From the NCBI RefSeq assembly GCF_036365525.1, contig NC_090382.1, positions 81,226,817 through 81,290,816 on the forward strand: a stretch of 64,000 nt of DNA, read 5' to 3'. Under the pieces are notes generated by a model. It had not been told where the DNA came from. It was given only the letters and a program-made list of their open reading frames with translations, and ran no database searches. The stretch's first letter is position 1. Every line of letters starts with the position of its first letter. Of the stretch, positions 1 to 9,641 are shown in pieces. The DNA comes from Heterodontus francisci. Its lineage: Eukaryota. The position numbers were made by a program, and so were the translations under genes.

Positions 1-563
1 GCTCCGCCATTCATTATGATCATGGCTGATCATTCAACTCAGCAATCTGTTCCCACTATCGCCCCATATCCTTTGACCCCTTTAGACCCAAGAGCTATGT
101 CTAACTCCTTCTTGAAAACATACAATGTTTTAGCCTCAACTGCTTTCAGTGGTAGCGAATTCCACAGGCTCACTACTCTCTGGGTGAAGAAATTTCTCCT
201 CATCTCAGTCCTGAACGGTTTACCCCGTATCCTTAGACTACGACCCCTGGTTTTGGACTCCCCCACCATCAGGAACATCCTTCCTGCATCTACCCTGTCA
301 AGTCCTGTTAGAATTTTATAGGTTTCTGTGAGATCGCCCTCCAATCTTCTGAACTCCAGCAAATATAAAATAATCCTAACCGACTCAATCTCTCCTCATA
401 CGTCAGTCCCGCCATCCCAGGAATCAGTCTGGTAAACCTTTGCTGCACTCCCTCTATAGCAAGAACATCCTTCCTCAGATAAGGAGACCAAAACTGCACA
501 CAATATTCCAGGTGTGGCCTCACCGTGGCCCTTATAATTGCAGCAAGACATCCCTGCTCCTGT
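1..563 (-). mobile_element. CR1/HER1-type LINE 3' fragment (ORF2 C-terminus + 3' UTR)
   Basis: Minus-strand translations VRPHLEYCVQFWSPYLRKD...EERLSRLGL and RRLEGDL...KTRGRSLRIRG...NFFTQRVVSLWNSLP match the CR1 ORF2 C-terminus. Near-identical to 23412-23970. Confidence 0.9.
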
Positions 564-564
564 A

Positions 565-1793
565 AAGGGCCCAGAAGAGAGAGAAAGCATTCACTGAGAG
601 AATAGAAATGAATGAGAGAGGAGCGGGGCATAAAGAGCCCAGGAGAGAGTGAGATTTCACACAGAGAGCGGGAAATAGCAAGAGAGGAGCGGGGCATAAA
701 GAACGAGAGCAGAGCAGAGATGACCGCCGCCAGTCTGTAGGTTCAGAGCCGGCATTTGGAAAGAAAAGAAAATCGAGATGTGACATCACAAGGAAGCAGA
801 TAGGTGATTTATTGGTGTGTATTTCCTAGTTATCTAAACTAATAAATAAACTGGTGTGTCTTATCTTCTTTTAAGATGATGTTTATTACTAATAATAAGG
901 TGCATTAAGTATTAGTAGGCTTTATCAGTATTAATAAGGTTTGGTCACATTAGTAAGGTTTATTAATAGTAGCAAGGTTTATTAGTATTGGTAAAGGTTA
1001 ACTAGGTTATTAACAAACAGATAAAGGAATGGCAGGGCTGCTGCACCCTCTAGAGTGCACATCGTGTGACATGTGGCAACTCCAGGATGCTTCTCCTATC
1101 CTGGATAACAATATGTGCAGGAAGTGTTGTCAGTTGCAACAGCTTGAGCCTTGGGTTTCAGAACTTGAGCAGCAGCTGGCGACACTGTGGTGCATTTGTG
1201 AGGATGAGAGCTTTGTGGATAGCATGTTTATGGATCTGGTCACCCCACAGCTTAAGAGTATGCAGGGAGAGAGGGAATGTGTGACTGCCGAACAGTCAAG
1301 AAGGAACAGGTAGGTAGTGCAGGAGACCCCTGAATACATCTCACTCTCCAACCGAAATTCAGTTTTGGATACTGAGGAAAGTGATGGTTCATCTGGGAGT
1401 GCAGCCAGAGCCAAAGCCATGGCACCACGGCTGACTCAGCTGCACAGGGGGACACAAAGAATACTGGAAGAGTGACAGTGATAGGAGATTTGATAGTCAG
1501 GGGAACAGACTAGCATTTTTGTGGCTGCAGACGTGAATCCAGGATGGAGTGTTGCCTTGCTGCTGCCAGGGTCAAGAATGTCACTGAATGGCTGCAGAGC
1601 ACCCTGAGGGGGGAGAGAGTGAACAGCCAGCAGTCGTGTCCACATTGGTACCAATTACATAGGTTGGAAGTGGAATATGGTCCTGCAGAAAAAGTTTTGT
1701 GAGCTCGGTAAGAAATTGGCAAAAGTAGCAGTCTCTGAATTACTCCCAGTACCATGCGCAAGTGAAATAGAAATAGGAGGATAGTGCAGATGG
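565..1793 (+). mobile_element. CR1 LINE 5' fragment: 5' UTR and decayed ORF1 (zinc-finger/leucine zipper + SGNH esterase)
   Basis: ORF 1029-1313 gives CTSCDMW...CRKCCQLQQLEPWVSELEQQL. From about 1478 the frame reads VIGDLIVRGTD*HFCGCRRESRMECCLAAARVKNV, the esterase block of vertebrate CR1 ORF1. Short tandem repeats lie in the UTR (about 615-705 and 885-1010). Confidence 0.8.
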
Positions 1794-2103
1794 GCTGTAC
1801 ATAGTTGTTAGCTTTTGGGAACCCCATTAAATCACTCAAGCTTGAAGGGCTTTCAGGTTCACTCAGCCAGTTTAAAACAAAACTCATAAAACCACTCAAG
1901 CCTTAAGAATTGCCTCTTGACTGGCTGTATAAACAAACCCTAGTTAAAAAAGGGCACTTGAAATACCTGTTGTGTAAACAGGTGCTGGAAGCTAGATAAG
2001 CAGACAAGCTGCTGCTGTCAATCAAATCAGCCAAGACAATTTCTTAAAGAATCAACAAGTACAGAGTCTTAATGGAAGTTCTTAAAGCAAAAAGAGCAGA
2101 AAG

Positions 2104-3720
2104 ATGGATTCCAAGTTTTCCAACATGAACTGGAAAGCCATGGATATCCTATCTGTGTTCCAACTGTTCAAACAGAGAATGCAATTATGCTTCACAGACC
2201 AAGTGCTGGTGAAACCAGAAAAGTAAGGTCTAAAAATAATGATAACAATTGGAAATGAGGGATTGCACAGAATCAATACCTCTGGATTATCTGAACAGGA
2301 CCAGAAAGCTCCTGCAAAGATATGGAGAGTTATGGAAGATCAGATCAGATTAAGAGTGAAGTTTTGAATTCACCACCTGGAATTGATGACCCACAGGCTA
2401 CAGCCACAGGAATCAACAGACCAGTTCATCAGCAGATGCCATAGCAAGGGTAATGAATGCGACTTCTCACAAGCTGAGCTGTCAGACCGAATAATGGAGC
2501 TGGTGATCGTATCAACACCCATTGAAGCATTTCAGAAAGAGCTCTTGGGGAAAAAGAAAGATCACAGCATCAATGCACTGCTGGAAGATGGCAGAAAATA
2601 TGAAGCCATTGTAGCTGGACAAAAGCACCTGCAAGCACTAGGTGCAACCAACAGTGTTGGCATGTGAACCAGGTCGAAAAGAGCAAGCAAGCTGTATGGT
2701 AAGTGCTGTCTGTTCTGCTCATGGCAAAATAGTCCTGAATTTCGAGACCTGTGCAAGGCGTGCAGTGTAAAAGGACACTGAGCCCACCTATGCAGGAATT
2801 CTGGCTCCAAAGATGCAGCCAGAAGCCACAGTAGGGCACGAGCCAACAGAAGACAGGCAGAGCAGCACCGCAACAGCAACAAAGACGGCACCAGAGACCT
2901 GTACAAATGCCAGCCGATACATGAGGTCCGCAGCAAAATGGATCTGAGGCAAGACTCAGGTAGGAACAAGTCTCAGTCAGAAGATGAGCCAGCATTCCAC
3001 ATTGTGAACCTGACACATCATGTTGGTGAAGTCAAGCAACTGGAAGCTTTCACCACCATCAACATCATGTGCCCAAAGAAATCTGGTAAACATGCACTCA
3101 AGCTCAAGATTGACACCAGCGCTAGTGCAAATATCCTACCAGTCCGAATCCTCAAAGATGTGTATCAGAGTCATTGGAAGCCTATGATCCAACTGACAAC
3201 TGCCAAACTATCTGCATACCCATTCCTTGCAGTGGCACATTAACAAAGCAATGTAGATATGGCAAGTTGACTTGGAAATCACAAACTTTCTACCGAGTGG
3301 ACATGAGTGGACCAGCAATGGCAGGACTACCAGCATGTAAGGACTTCAACACAGTCATAGAGATACAGCACTGAAACAGGCCCTTCAGCCCACCAAGTCT
3401 GTGCTGACCAACAACCACCTATTAATACTAATCCTACATTAATCCCATATTCCCTACTACATCCCCACCGTTCTCCTATCACCTACCTACACTCGGGGCA
3501 ATTTACAATGGCCAGTTTACCTATCAACCTGCAAGTCTTTGGCTGTGGGAGGAAACCGGAGCACCCGACGGAAACCCACGTGGTCACAGGGAGAACTTGC
3601 AAACTCCGCACAGGCAGTACCCAGAATTGAATTCGGGTCACTGGAGCTGTGAGGCTGCGGTGCTAACCACTGCGCCACTGTGCCGCCCCCATCATAACTA
3701 TCCACAAGATCATTGCCAAG
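2104..3720 (+). pseudogene. Gypsy gag-protease pseudogene (interrupted by a SINE at about 3352-3689)
   Basis: Reads MDSKFSNMNWKA..FQLFKQRMQLCF...QESTDQFISRCHSKGNECDF...SDRIMELVI, then CKACSVKGH*AHLC (CX2CX4HX4C), LKLKIDTSASANILP and AGLPACKDFN/IITIHKI. In-frame stops at 2224 and 2365 plus frameshifts. Confidence 0.85.
3352..3689 (-). mobile_element. tRNA-derived V-SINE (HE1-like)
   Basis: Reverse complement begins GGGGCGGCACAGTGGCGCAGTGGTTAGCACC (A box) and has a B-box-like GGTTC-type motif, the V-domain GGGTGCTCCGGTTTCCTCCCAC and the CR1-like tail GGGCCTGTTTCAGTGCTGTATCTCT. Sister copies occur near 41663, 45023 and 48794. Confidence 0.92.
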
Positions 3721-4181
3721 GTGAATTCTCCAACGTCCAGAACCTCCTCGCAGATTCTGACCAGCATCAAATGGTGCAGTCTGGAAATCCAGCAACAGCA
3801 CAACTATAACGTGCCTTTGCTTCTGCTCTATAGAGAAGCGTCAGCACCACAATGAGCCAGAATGGACAGGTATCGCCATGAGACCAAGTACTCTTCCCCC
3901 ACAAGTCCTCAACCTTGAGTCCCAAGGCTTCAGACATGGAGGATGAGGAGAGGCAAAGGACACGCAATGTCCTGAAGAGACAGAGAAGGAATGAGTTGAA
4001 GCAATGTCTACTGGCTTTTCGAGATGAGTTGCCTGAACTTTCCAAGAATGACAAGGTCCCAAATGTGGCCATCTTGAGAAAAGCAACAGAGTATGTTAGC
4101 AGGCTGAAGGCAGCGCAACAGAAACTGAGTGCAGAGAGGGTGAAACATCAGAAAGAACAGCAACAGATGAGGCATAAACTC
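3721..4181 (+). pseudogene. myc: Myc-family C-terminal fragment (Myc box IV, NLS-like motif, bHLH-leucine zipper), decayed; paralog not resolved
   Basis: The frame from 3721 reads IKWCSLEIQQQHNYNVP (compare c-Myc LKRCHVSTHQHNYAAP) and APQ*ARMD (compare the NLS PAAKRVKLD). After a frameshift near the C-run at 3896-3900 it reads [74 protein letters not shown]...MRHKL (compare c-Myc [56 protein letters not shown]). Confidence 0.93.
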
Positions 4182-4344
4182 CCTGAGCAAGAGTTGTCAA
4201 ATGACCAAGATGACCTACGGACTTTTCAGCCTCTTTCTTGTAAAGTTTATAGTCTCGATCCATATGTAAATAATTTTGATGTCATCGAATTTTGGATGTT
4301 TCTTACATTTAGGATACGAGACTTATCTTTGGAAAGAAGGGAGA

Positions 4345-4585
4345 TGTTGTGTGATTACCTTTAAGAGCAATGTACCTTTAAGATCTTAGTATGTTAATAA
4401 GCCAAGTATCAGTATGTAATTATGTGACTACATATCAGTCTCACTCTGTAACTGTAACATCTAGAGGCAAGTCCTGTAAATAAGTAGCTCTGTGCTGTAT
4501 ATAGTTGTTAGCTGTATAATAAACCTGTTTGAGATCTTCACCAACCTGAACTCTATGCATCTCATTTAGGTTGCATGAGACAACA
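4345..4585 (+). repeat. 3' LTR of the Myc-carrying element (241 bp)
   Basis: Starts TGTTG directly after the polypurine tract, ends CAACA (5-bp terminal inverted repeat), AATAAA at 4518-4523. Confidence 0.88.
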
Positions 4586-4689
4586 TAAAAAAAAACTTCT
4601 CATTGTAGGCCTCTCTGTTCCTGCACCGATGCAAAAATTGTATCATTTAATTTATATTGCTTTTTTCTCATTCTTCCTACTAAAACATA

Positions 4690-5545
4690 TCAATTCACAC
4701 TTCTCTGCGTTAAAGTTCACATGCCATGTCTTTGCCCGTTTTCCAAAAACAAAGAACAAAGAACAAAGAACAGTACAGCACAGGAACAGGCCATTCGGCC
4801 CTCCAAGGCTGCGCCGATCTTGATGCCTGGCTAAACTAAAACCTTCTGCATTTCCAGGAACTGTATCCCTCTATTCCCTTCCTATTCATGTATTTGTCAA
4901 GATGCCTCTTAAACGTCATTATCGTACCTGCTTCCACCACCTTCCCTGGCAGCAAGTTCCAGGCACTCACCACCCTCTGTGTAAAGAACTTGCCTCGCAC
5001 ATCCCCTCTAAACTTTGCTCCTCTCACCTTAAACCGATGTCCCCTAGTAACTGACTCTTCCACCCTGGGAAAAAGCTTCTGACTATCCACTCTGTCCATG
5101 CCGCTCATAACTTTGTAAACCACTATCATGTCACCCCTCCACCTCTGTCGTTCCAGTGAAATGGCTTTGTCTACATTTTTCTGAAGGTCTATTGCTATCC
5201 TTCTCATTGTTTGCTACATTTGTGTTTTGTATCGTCTGCACACTTAGAAATTACGCCCTGTAAATCCAAGTCCATGACATTAACTTATATCAAAATACTG
5301 ACTCCTTAGAAATATACTTCCCTCCAGTCTGAAAAACAACCAGTCACCACTATTGTCTGCTTTCTGTCCCTCAGCCAATTTGTATTCATGCTTCCACTGT
5401 CCCTTTAATTCTATGGGCTTTAGTTTTGCTGACATGTCCATTAAGTGGTATTTTGTCAAATGCCTTTTGGGAGTCCATCTATATGACATTAACTGCACTG
5501 TCCTCATCAACTGTTACTTCATCAAAGAACTCAATCAAGTTAGTT
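4690..5545 (-). mobile_element. Old CR1 RT fragment with a younger 5'-truncated HER1/CR1 3' end nested at about 4746-5160
   Basis: 4746-5160 carries an (AACAAAG)n tail and is near-identical to 24765-25170 (VTRGHRFKVRG...FFTQRVVSAWNLLP). The flanks give degenerate CR1 RT sequence. Confidence 0.8.
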
Positions 5546-5549
5546 ATGT

Positions 5550-5605
5550 TTTGGAAAGACTGAAGCCATTGTTTTCGGTCCCCATTCCAAACTCCGTTCT
5601 CTCAC
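5550..5605 (+). mobile_element. L2-type LINE fragment, continuing at about 14400-14545 (split by Gypsy A)
   Basis: GGAAAGACTGAAGCCATTGTTTTCGGTCCC (KTEAIVFG) on the left. CTCTCCCTGGCAAC...GCAACCTTGGTGTCATATTTGAC (NLGVIFD) on the right. Confidence 0.65.
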
Positions 5606-5805
5606 TGTAGTATAACGTAATATAGGGTTGTTACTGGGCAGAATATATAAATAGTCTGCGAGTGTCATCACAGGAAGTGAGGTGACAGAACTTGTACAGA
5701 ACCTCGTGGAGAGTGAAACTGGAAGCTATAGTTATCAGATGCATGTTCCTGTAACTGTTAATCTCTCAGATATTCTTTTATAAGACTAATCAGCACAATA
5801 TTACG
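5606..5805 (+). repeat. 5' LTR of Gypsy A
   Basis: TGTAG...ATTACG followed by a PBS-like motif. Aligns with 14195-14395. Confidence 0.88.
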
Positions 5806-6389
5806 TGGTTGCAACGGCAAAGTAATGAAAAAATGAAAAAAATCATTGCATTTACCGGAGAACTCTGAGAAAGTAGCCGGACAGAACCAACCAGAGGTAT
5901 GACTCAAATGGGTCTGAAGAGTTACTAGGTACTGTACTGCATCGGGTCGCGCACAGAAGCCAGGCAAGGAGCAGGTCAGTATGTTATTATATGCCATGGG
6001 GGAGTGCGTGGATGACATCCTCATAACACTGGGCATTGATAAAGGAAAAGCTACATATGAGGACATTACTGAAGCTCGAGAGTCTTACTTTAATATCAGA
6101 AAAAACGTGATCATCGTGTGTGCCAAGTTCAAGAAATGGTCTCAGCAGTGAGGAGAAAGTGTTGATTCTTTTATCAACAACTTATATAAGCTCACTGAAG
6201 ATTGTGAATATGGCAGTTTGCGGGAAGAGTTAATTAGAGATAGGATCATGGTCCAAGTGGCAAACAAAGCTGTCTCAGATCATCTGCAGTTGAGAGATGA
6301 TCTTAAATTAACCAGAACGATTCAGATAAGCAGACAAGAAGAGATTAGAAAATGTAACCGTGTTGTCATTCGGGGGGGACAGGGAGAGG

Positions 6390-9300
6390 TTTTTATTATT
6401 CATTCATGGGATGTGGGCGTTGCTGGCCAGGCCAGCATTTATTGCCCATCCCTAATTGCCCTTGAGAAGGTAGTGGTGAGCTGCCTTCTTGAACTGCTGC
6501 AGTCCATGTGGGGTAGGTACACGCACAGTGCTGTTAGGAAGGGAGTTCCAGGATTTTGACCCAGCAACAGTGAAGGAACAGCGATATAGTTCCAAGTCAG
6601 GATGGTGTGTGACTTGGAGGGGAACTTGCAGGTGGTGGTGTTCCCATGCATTTGCTGCCCTTGTCCTTCTAGTTGGTAGAGGTTGCGGGTTTGGAAGATG
6701 CTGTCTAAGGAACCTTGGTGAGTTGCTGCAGTGTATCTTGTAGATGGCACACACTGCTGCCACTGTGCGTCGCTGGTGGAGGGAGTGAATGTTTGTAGAT
6801 GGGGTGCCAAACAAGTGGGCTGCTTTGTCCTGGATGGTGTTGAGCTTCTTGAGTGTTGTTGGAGCGGCACCCATCCAGGCAAGTGAAGAGTATTCCATCA
6901 CACTCCTGACTTGTGCCTTGTAGATGGTGGACAGGCTTTGGGGAGTCCGGAGGTGAGTTACTTGCCTCAGGATTCCTAGCCTCTGACCTGCTCTTGTAGC
7001 TACGGTATTCATATGGCTACTCCAGTTCAGTTTCTGGTCAATGGTAGCCCCTAGGATGTTGATAGTGGGGGATTCAACGATGGTAATGCCATTGAATGTC
7101 AAGGGGAGATGGTCAGATTCTCTCTTGTTGGAGATGGTCATTGCCTGGCACTCGTGTGGCACGAATGTTACTTGCCACTTATCAGCCCAAGCCTTGATAT
7201 TGTCCAAGTCTTGCTGCATTTCTACACAGACTGCTTCAGTATCTGAAGAGTCACGAATGGTGCTGAACATTGTGCAATCATCAGCGAACATCCCCACTTC
7301 GGACCTTATGATGAAGCAGCTGAAGATGGTTGGGCCCAGGACACTACCCTGAGGAACTCCTGCAGTGATGTCCTGGAACTCAGATGATTGACCTCCAACA
7401 ACCACAACTATCTTCCTTTGCGCGAGTTATGACACCAGCCAGCTGGTGGGTTTTTCCCCAGATTCCATTGACCTCAGTTTTTCTCGGGCTCCTTGATGCC
7501 ATACTCGATCAAATGCTGTCTTGATGTCAAGGGCAGTCACTCTCACCTCACCTCTTGAGTTCAGCTCTTTTGTCCATGTTTGAACAAAGGTTGTAATGAG
7601 GTCAGGAGCTGAGTGGCCCTGGCGGAACCCAAACTGAGCGTCACTGAGCAGGTTATTGCTAAGCAAGTGCCGCTTGATGGCACTGTTGACGACACCTTCC
7701 ATCACTCTACCCATGATTGAGAGTAGGCTGATGGGGAGGTAATTGGCTGGGTTGGACTTGTCCTGCTTTTTGTGTACAGGACATACCTGAGCAATTTTCC
7801 ACATTGCAGGGTAGATGCCAGTGTTGTAGCTGTACTGGAACAGCTTGGCTAGGGGCACGGCAAGTTTTGGAGCACAGGTCTTCAGTACTATTGCCGGAAT
7901 ATTGTCAGGGCCCATAGCCTTTGCAGTATCCAGTGCCTTCAGTCCTTTCTTGATATCACGCAGAGTGAATCGAATTAGCTGAAGTCTGGCATCTGTGATG
8001 CTGGGGACTTCAGGAGGAGGCCGAGATGGATCATCAACTCGGCACTTCTGGCTGAAGATTGTTGCAAATGTTTCTGCCTTATCTTTCGCACTGATGTGCT
8101 ATGCTCCCCCATTATTGAGGATGGGGATATTTGTGGAGCCTCCTCCTCCAGTTAGTTGTTTAATTGTCCACCACTATTCATGGCTGGATGTGGCAGGACT
8201 GCAGAGCTTTGCTCTGATCCATTGGTTATGGGATCACTTAGCTCTGTCTATCGCATGCTGTTTACACAGTTTTGCACACAGATAGTCCTGTGTTGTAGCT
8301 TCACCAGGTTGACACCTCATTTTGAGATCTGCCTGGTGTTGCTCCTGGCATGCCCTCCTGCACTCTTCATTGAACCAGGGTTGATCTCCTGGCTTAATGG
8401 TAATGGTAGAGTGGGGGATATGCTGGGCCATGAGGTTACAGATTGTGGTTGAGTACAATTCTGCTGCTGTTGATGGCCCACAGTGCCTCGTGGATGCCCA
8501 GTTTTGCATTGCTAGATCTGTTCGAAATCTATCCCATTTAGCACAGTGTTAGTGCCACACAACACGAAGGATGGACTTCGTCTCCACAACAACTGTGCGG
8601 TGGTCACTCCTACCAATACTGTCATGGACAGATGCATGTGCGGCAGGCAGATTGGTGAGGACGAGGTCAAGTATGTTTTCCCCTCTTGTTGGATCCCTTA
8701 CCACCTGCCGCATACCCAGTCTAGCAGATATGTCCTTTAGGACCCGGCCAGCCCGGTCAGTAGTTGTTCTCACGAGCCACTCTTGGTGATGGACATTGAA
8801 GTCTCCCACCCAGAGTACATTCTGTGCCCTTGCCACCCTCAATGCTTCTTCCAAGTGGTGTTCAACATGGAGGAGTACTGACTGATCAGTTGAGGGAGGG
8901 CGGTAGGTAGTAATCAGCAGGAGGTTTCCTTATCCATGTTTGACCTGATGCCATGAGACTTCATGGGGTCCAGAGTCGATGTTGAGGACTCCCAGGGCAA
9001 CTCCCTCCCTACTGTAGACCACTGTGCCGCCACCTCTGCTGGGTCTGTCCTGCCGGTGGGACAGGACATACCCATGGATGATGATGGCAGTGTCTGGGAC
9101 ATTGTCATGTATGATTCCGTGAGTATGACTATGTCAGGCTGTTGCTTGACTAATCTGTGGGACAGCTCTCCCAACTTTGGCACAAGCCCCCAGATGTTAG
9201 TAAGGAGAATTTTGCAGGGTCGACAGGGCTGGGTTTGCCATTGTCATTTCCGGTGCCGAGGTCGATGCCGGTTTGTTCATCCGGTTTCATTCCTTTTTAT

Positions 9301-9641
9301 TGACTTCATAGCAGTTTGATACAACTGAGTGGCTTGCCAGGCCATTTCAGAGGGCATTAAGAGTCAACCACATTGCTGTGGGTCTGGAGTCACATGTAGG
9401 CCAGACCAGGTAAGGACAGCAGATTTCCTCCCCTAAAGGACATTAGTGAACCAGATGGGTTTTTACAACAATCGACAATGGTTTCATGGCCATCATTAGA
9501 CTAGCTTTTTAATTCCAGATTTATTAGTCGAATTCAAATTCCACCTTCTGCTGTGGTGGGATTTGAACCCTTGTCTCCAGAGCAATATCCTGGGTCTCTT
9601 TGTTACTAGTCCAGAGACAGTACCACTGCGCCCCCGCCTCC
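6390..9641 (-). mobile_element. Near-full-length single-ORF CR1-group LINE (APE + RT) with a tRNA-like 5' head
   Basis: APE (QQPDIVILTESY; LWVGDFNVHH; ENILDLVLTN; GRSDH) and RT (QFGFRQGHS; LDIKTAFDRVWH; GVPQGSVLGP; MFADD). 3' tail ATGAATGAATAATAAAA at 6390-6408. Gypsy gag resumes at about 9662. Confidence 0.9.

Larger units (their letters stand above)
1794..4585 (+). mobile_element. Non-autonomous Gypsy-type LTR element: gag-protease followed by a captured Myc C-terminal region; RT/RNase H/IN absent
   Basis: A 20-bp 5' LTR remnant (1794-1813) matches 4494-4513 at 19/20. gag starts at ATG 2104, CCHC knuckle at 2752-2793, protease DTS(G)ASANIL at 3112. Myc-like segment 3721-4181, PPT GGAAAGAAGGGAGA 4331-4344, 3' LTR 4345-4585. 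Confidence 0.88.

Noticed and set aside
3718-3726. AAG|GTGAAT as a splice donor at the protease/Myc boundary
   Set aside because: Splicing out from here would remove the Myc segment, and no partner acceptor or transcript evidence is available. The motif is weak.
3915-4364. 149-aa ORF as a functional host Myc gene or exon
   Set aside because: It starts at TTG, has an upstream stop and frameshift, shows substitutions at conserved residues, and its last codons run through the PPT into the LTR. It is cargo of an LTR element.
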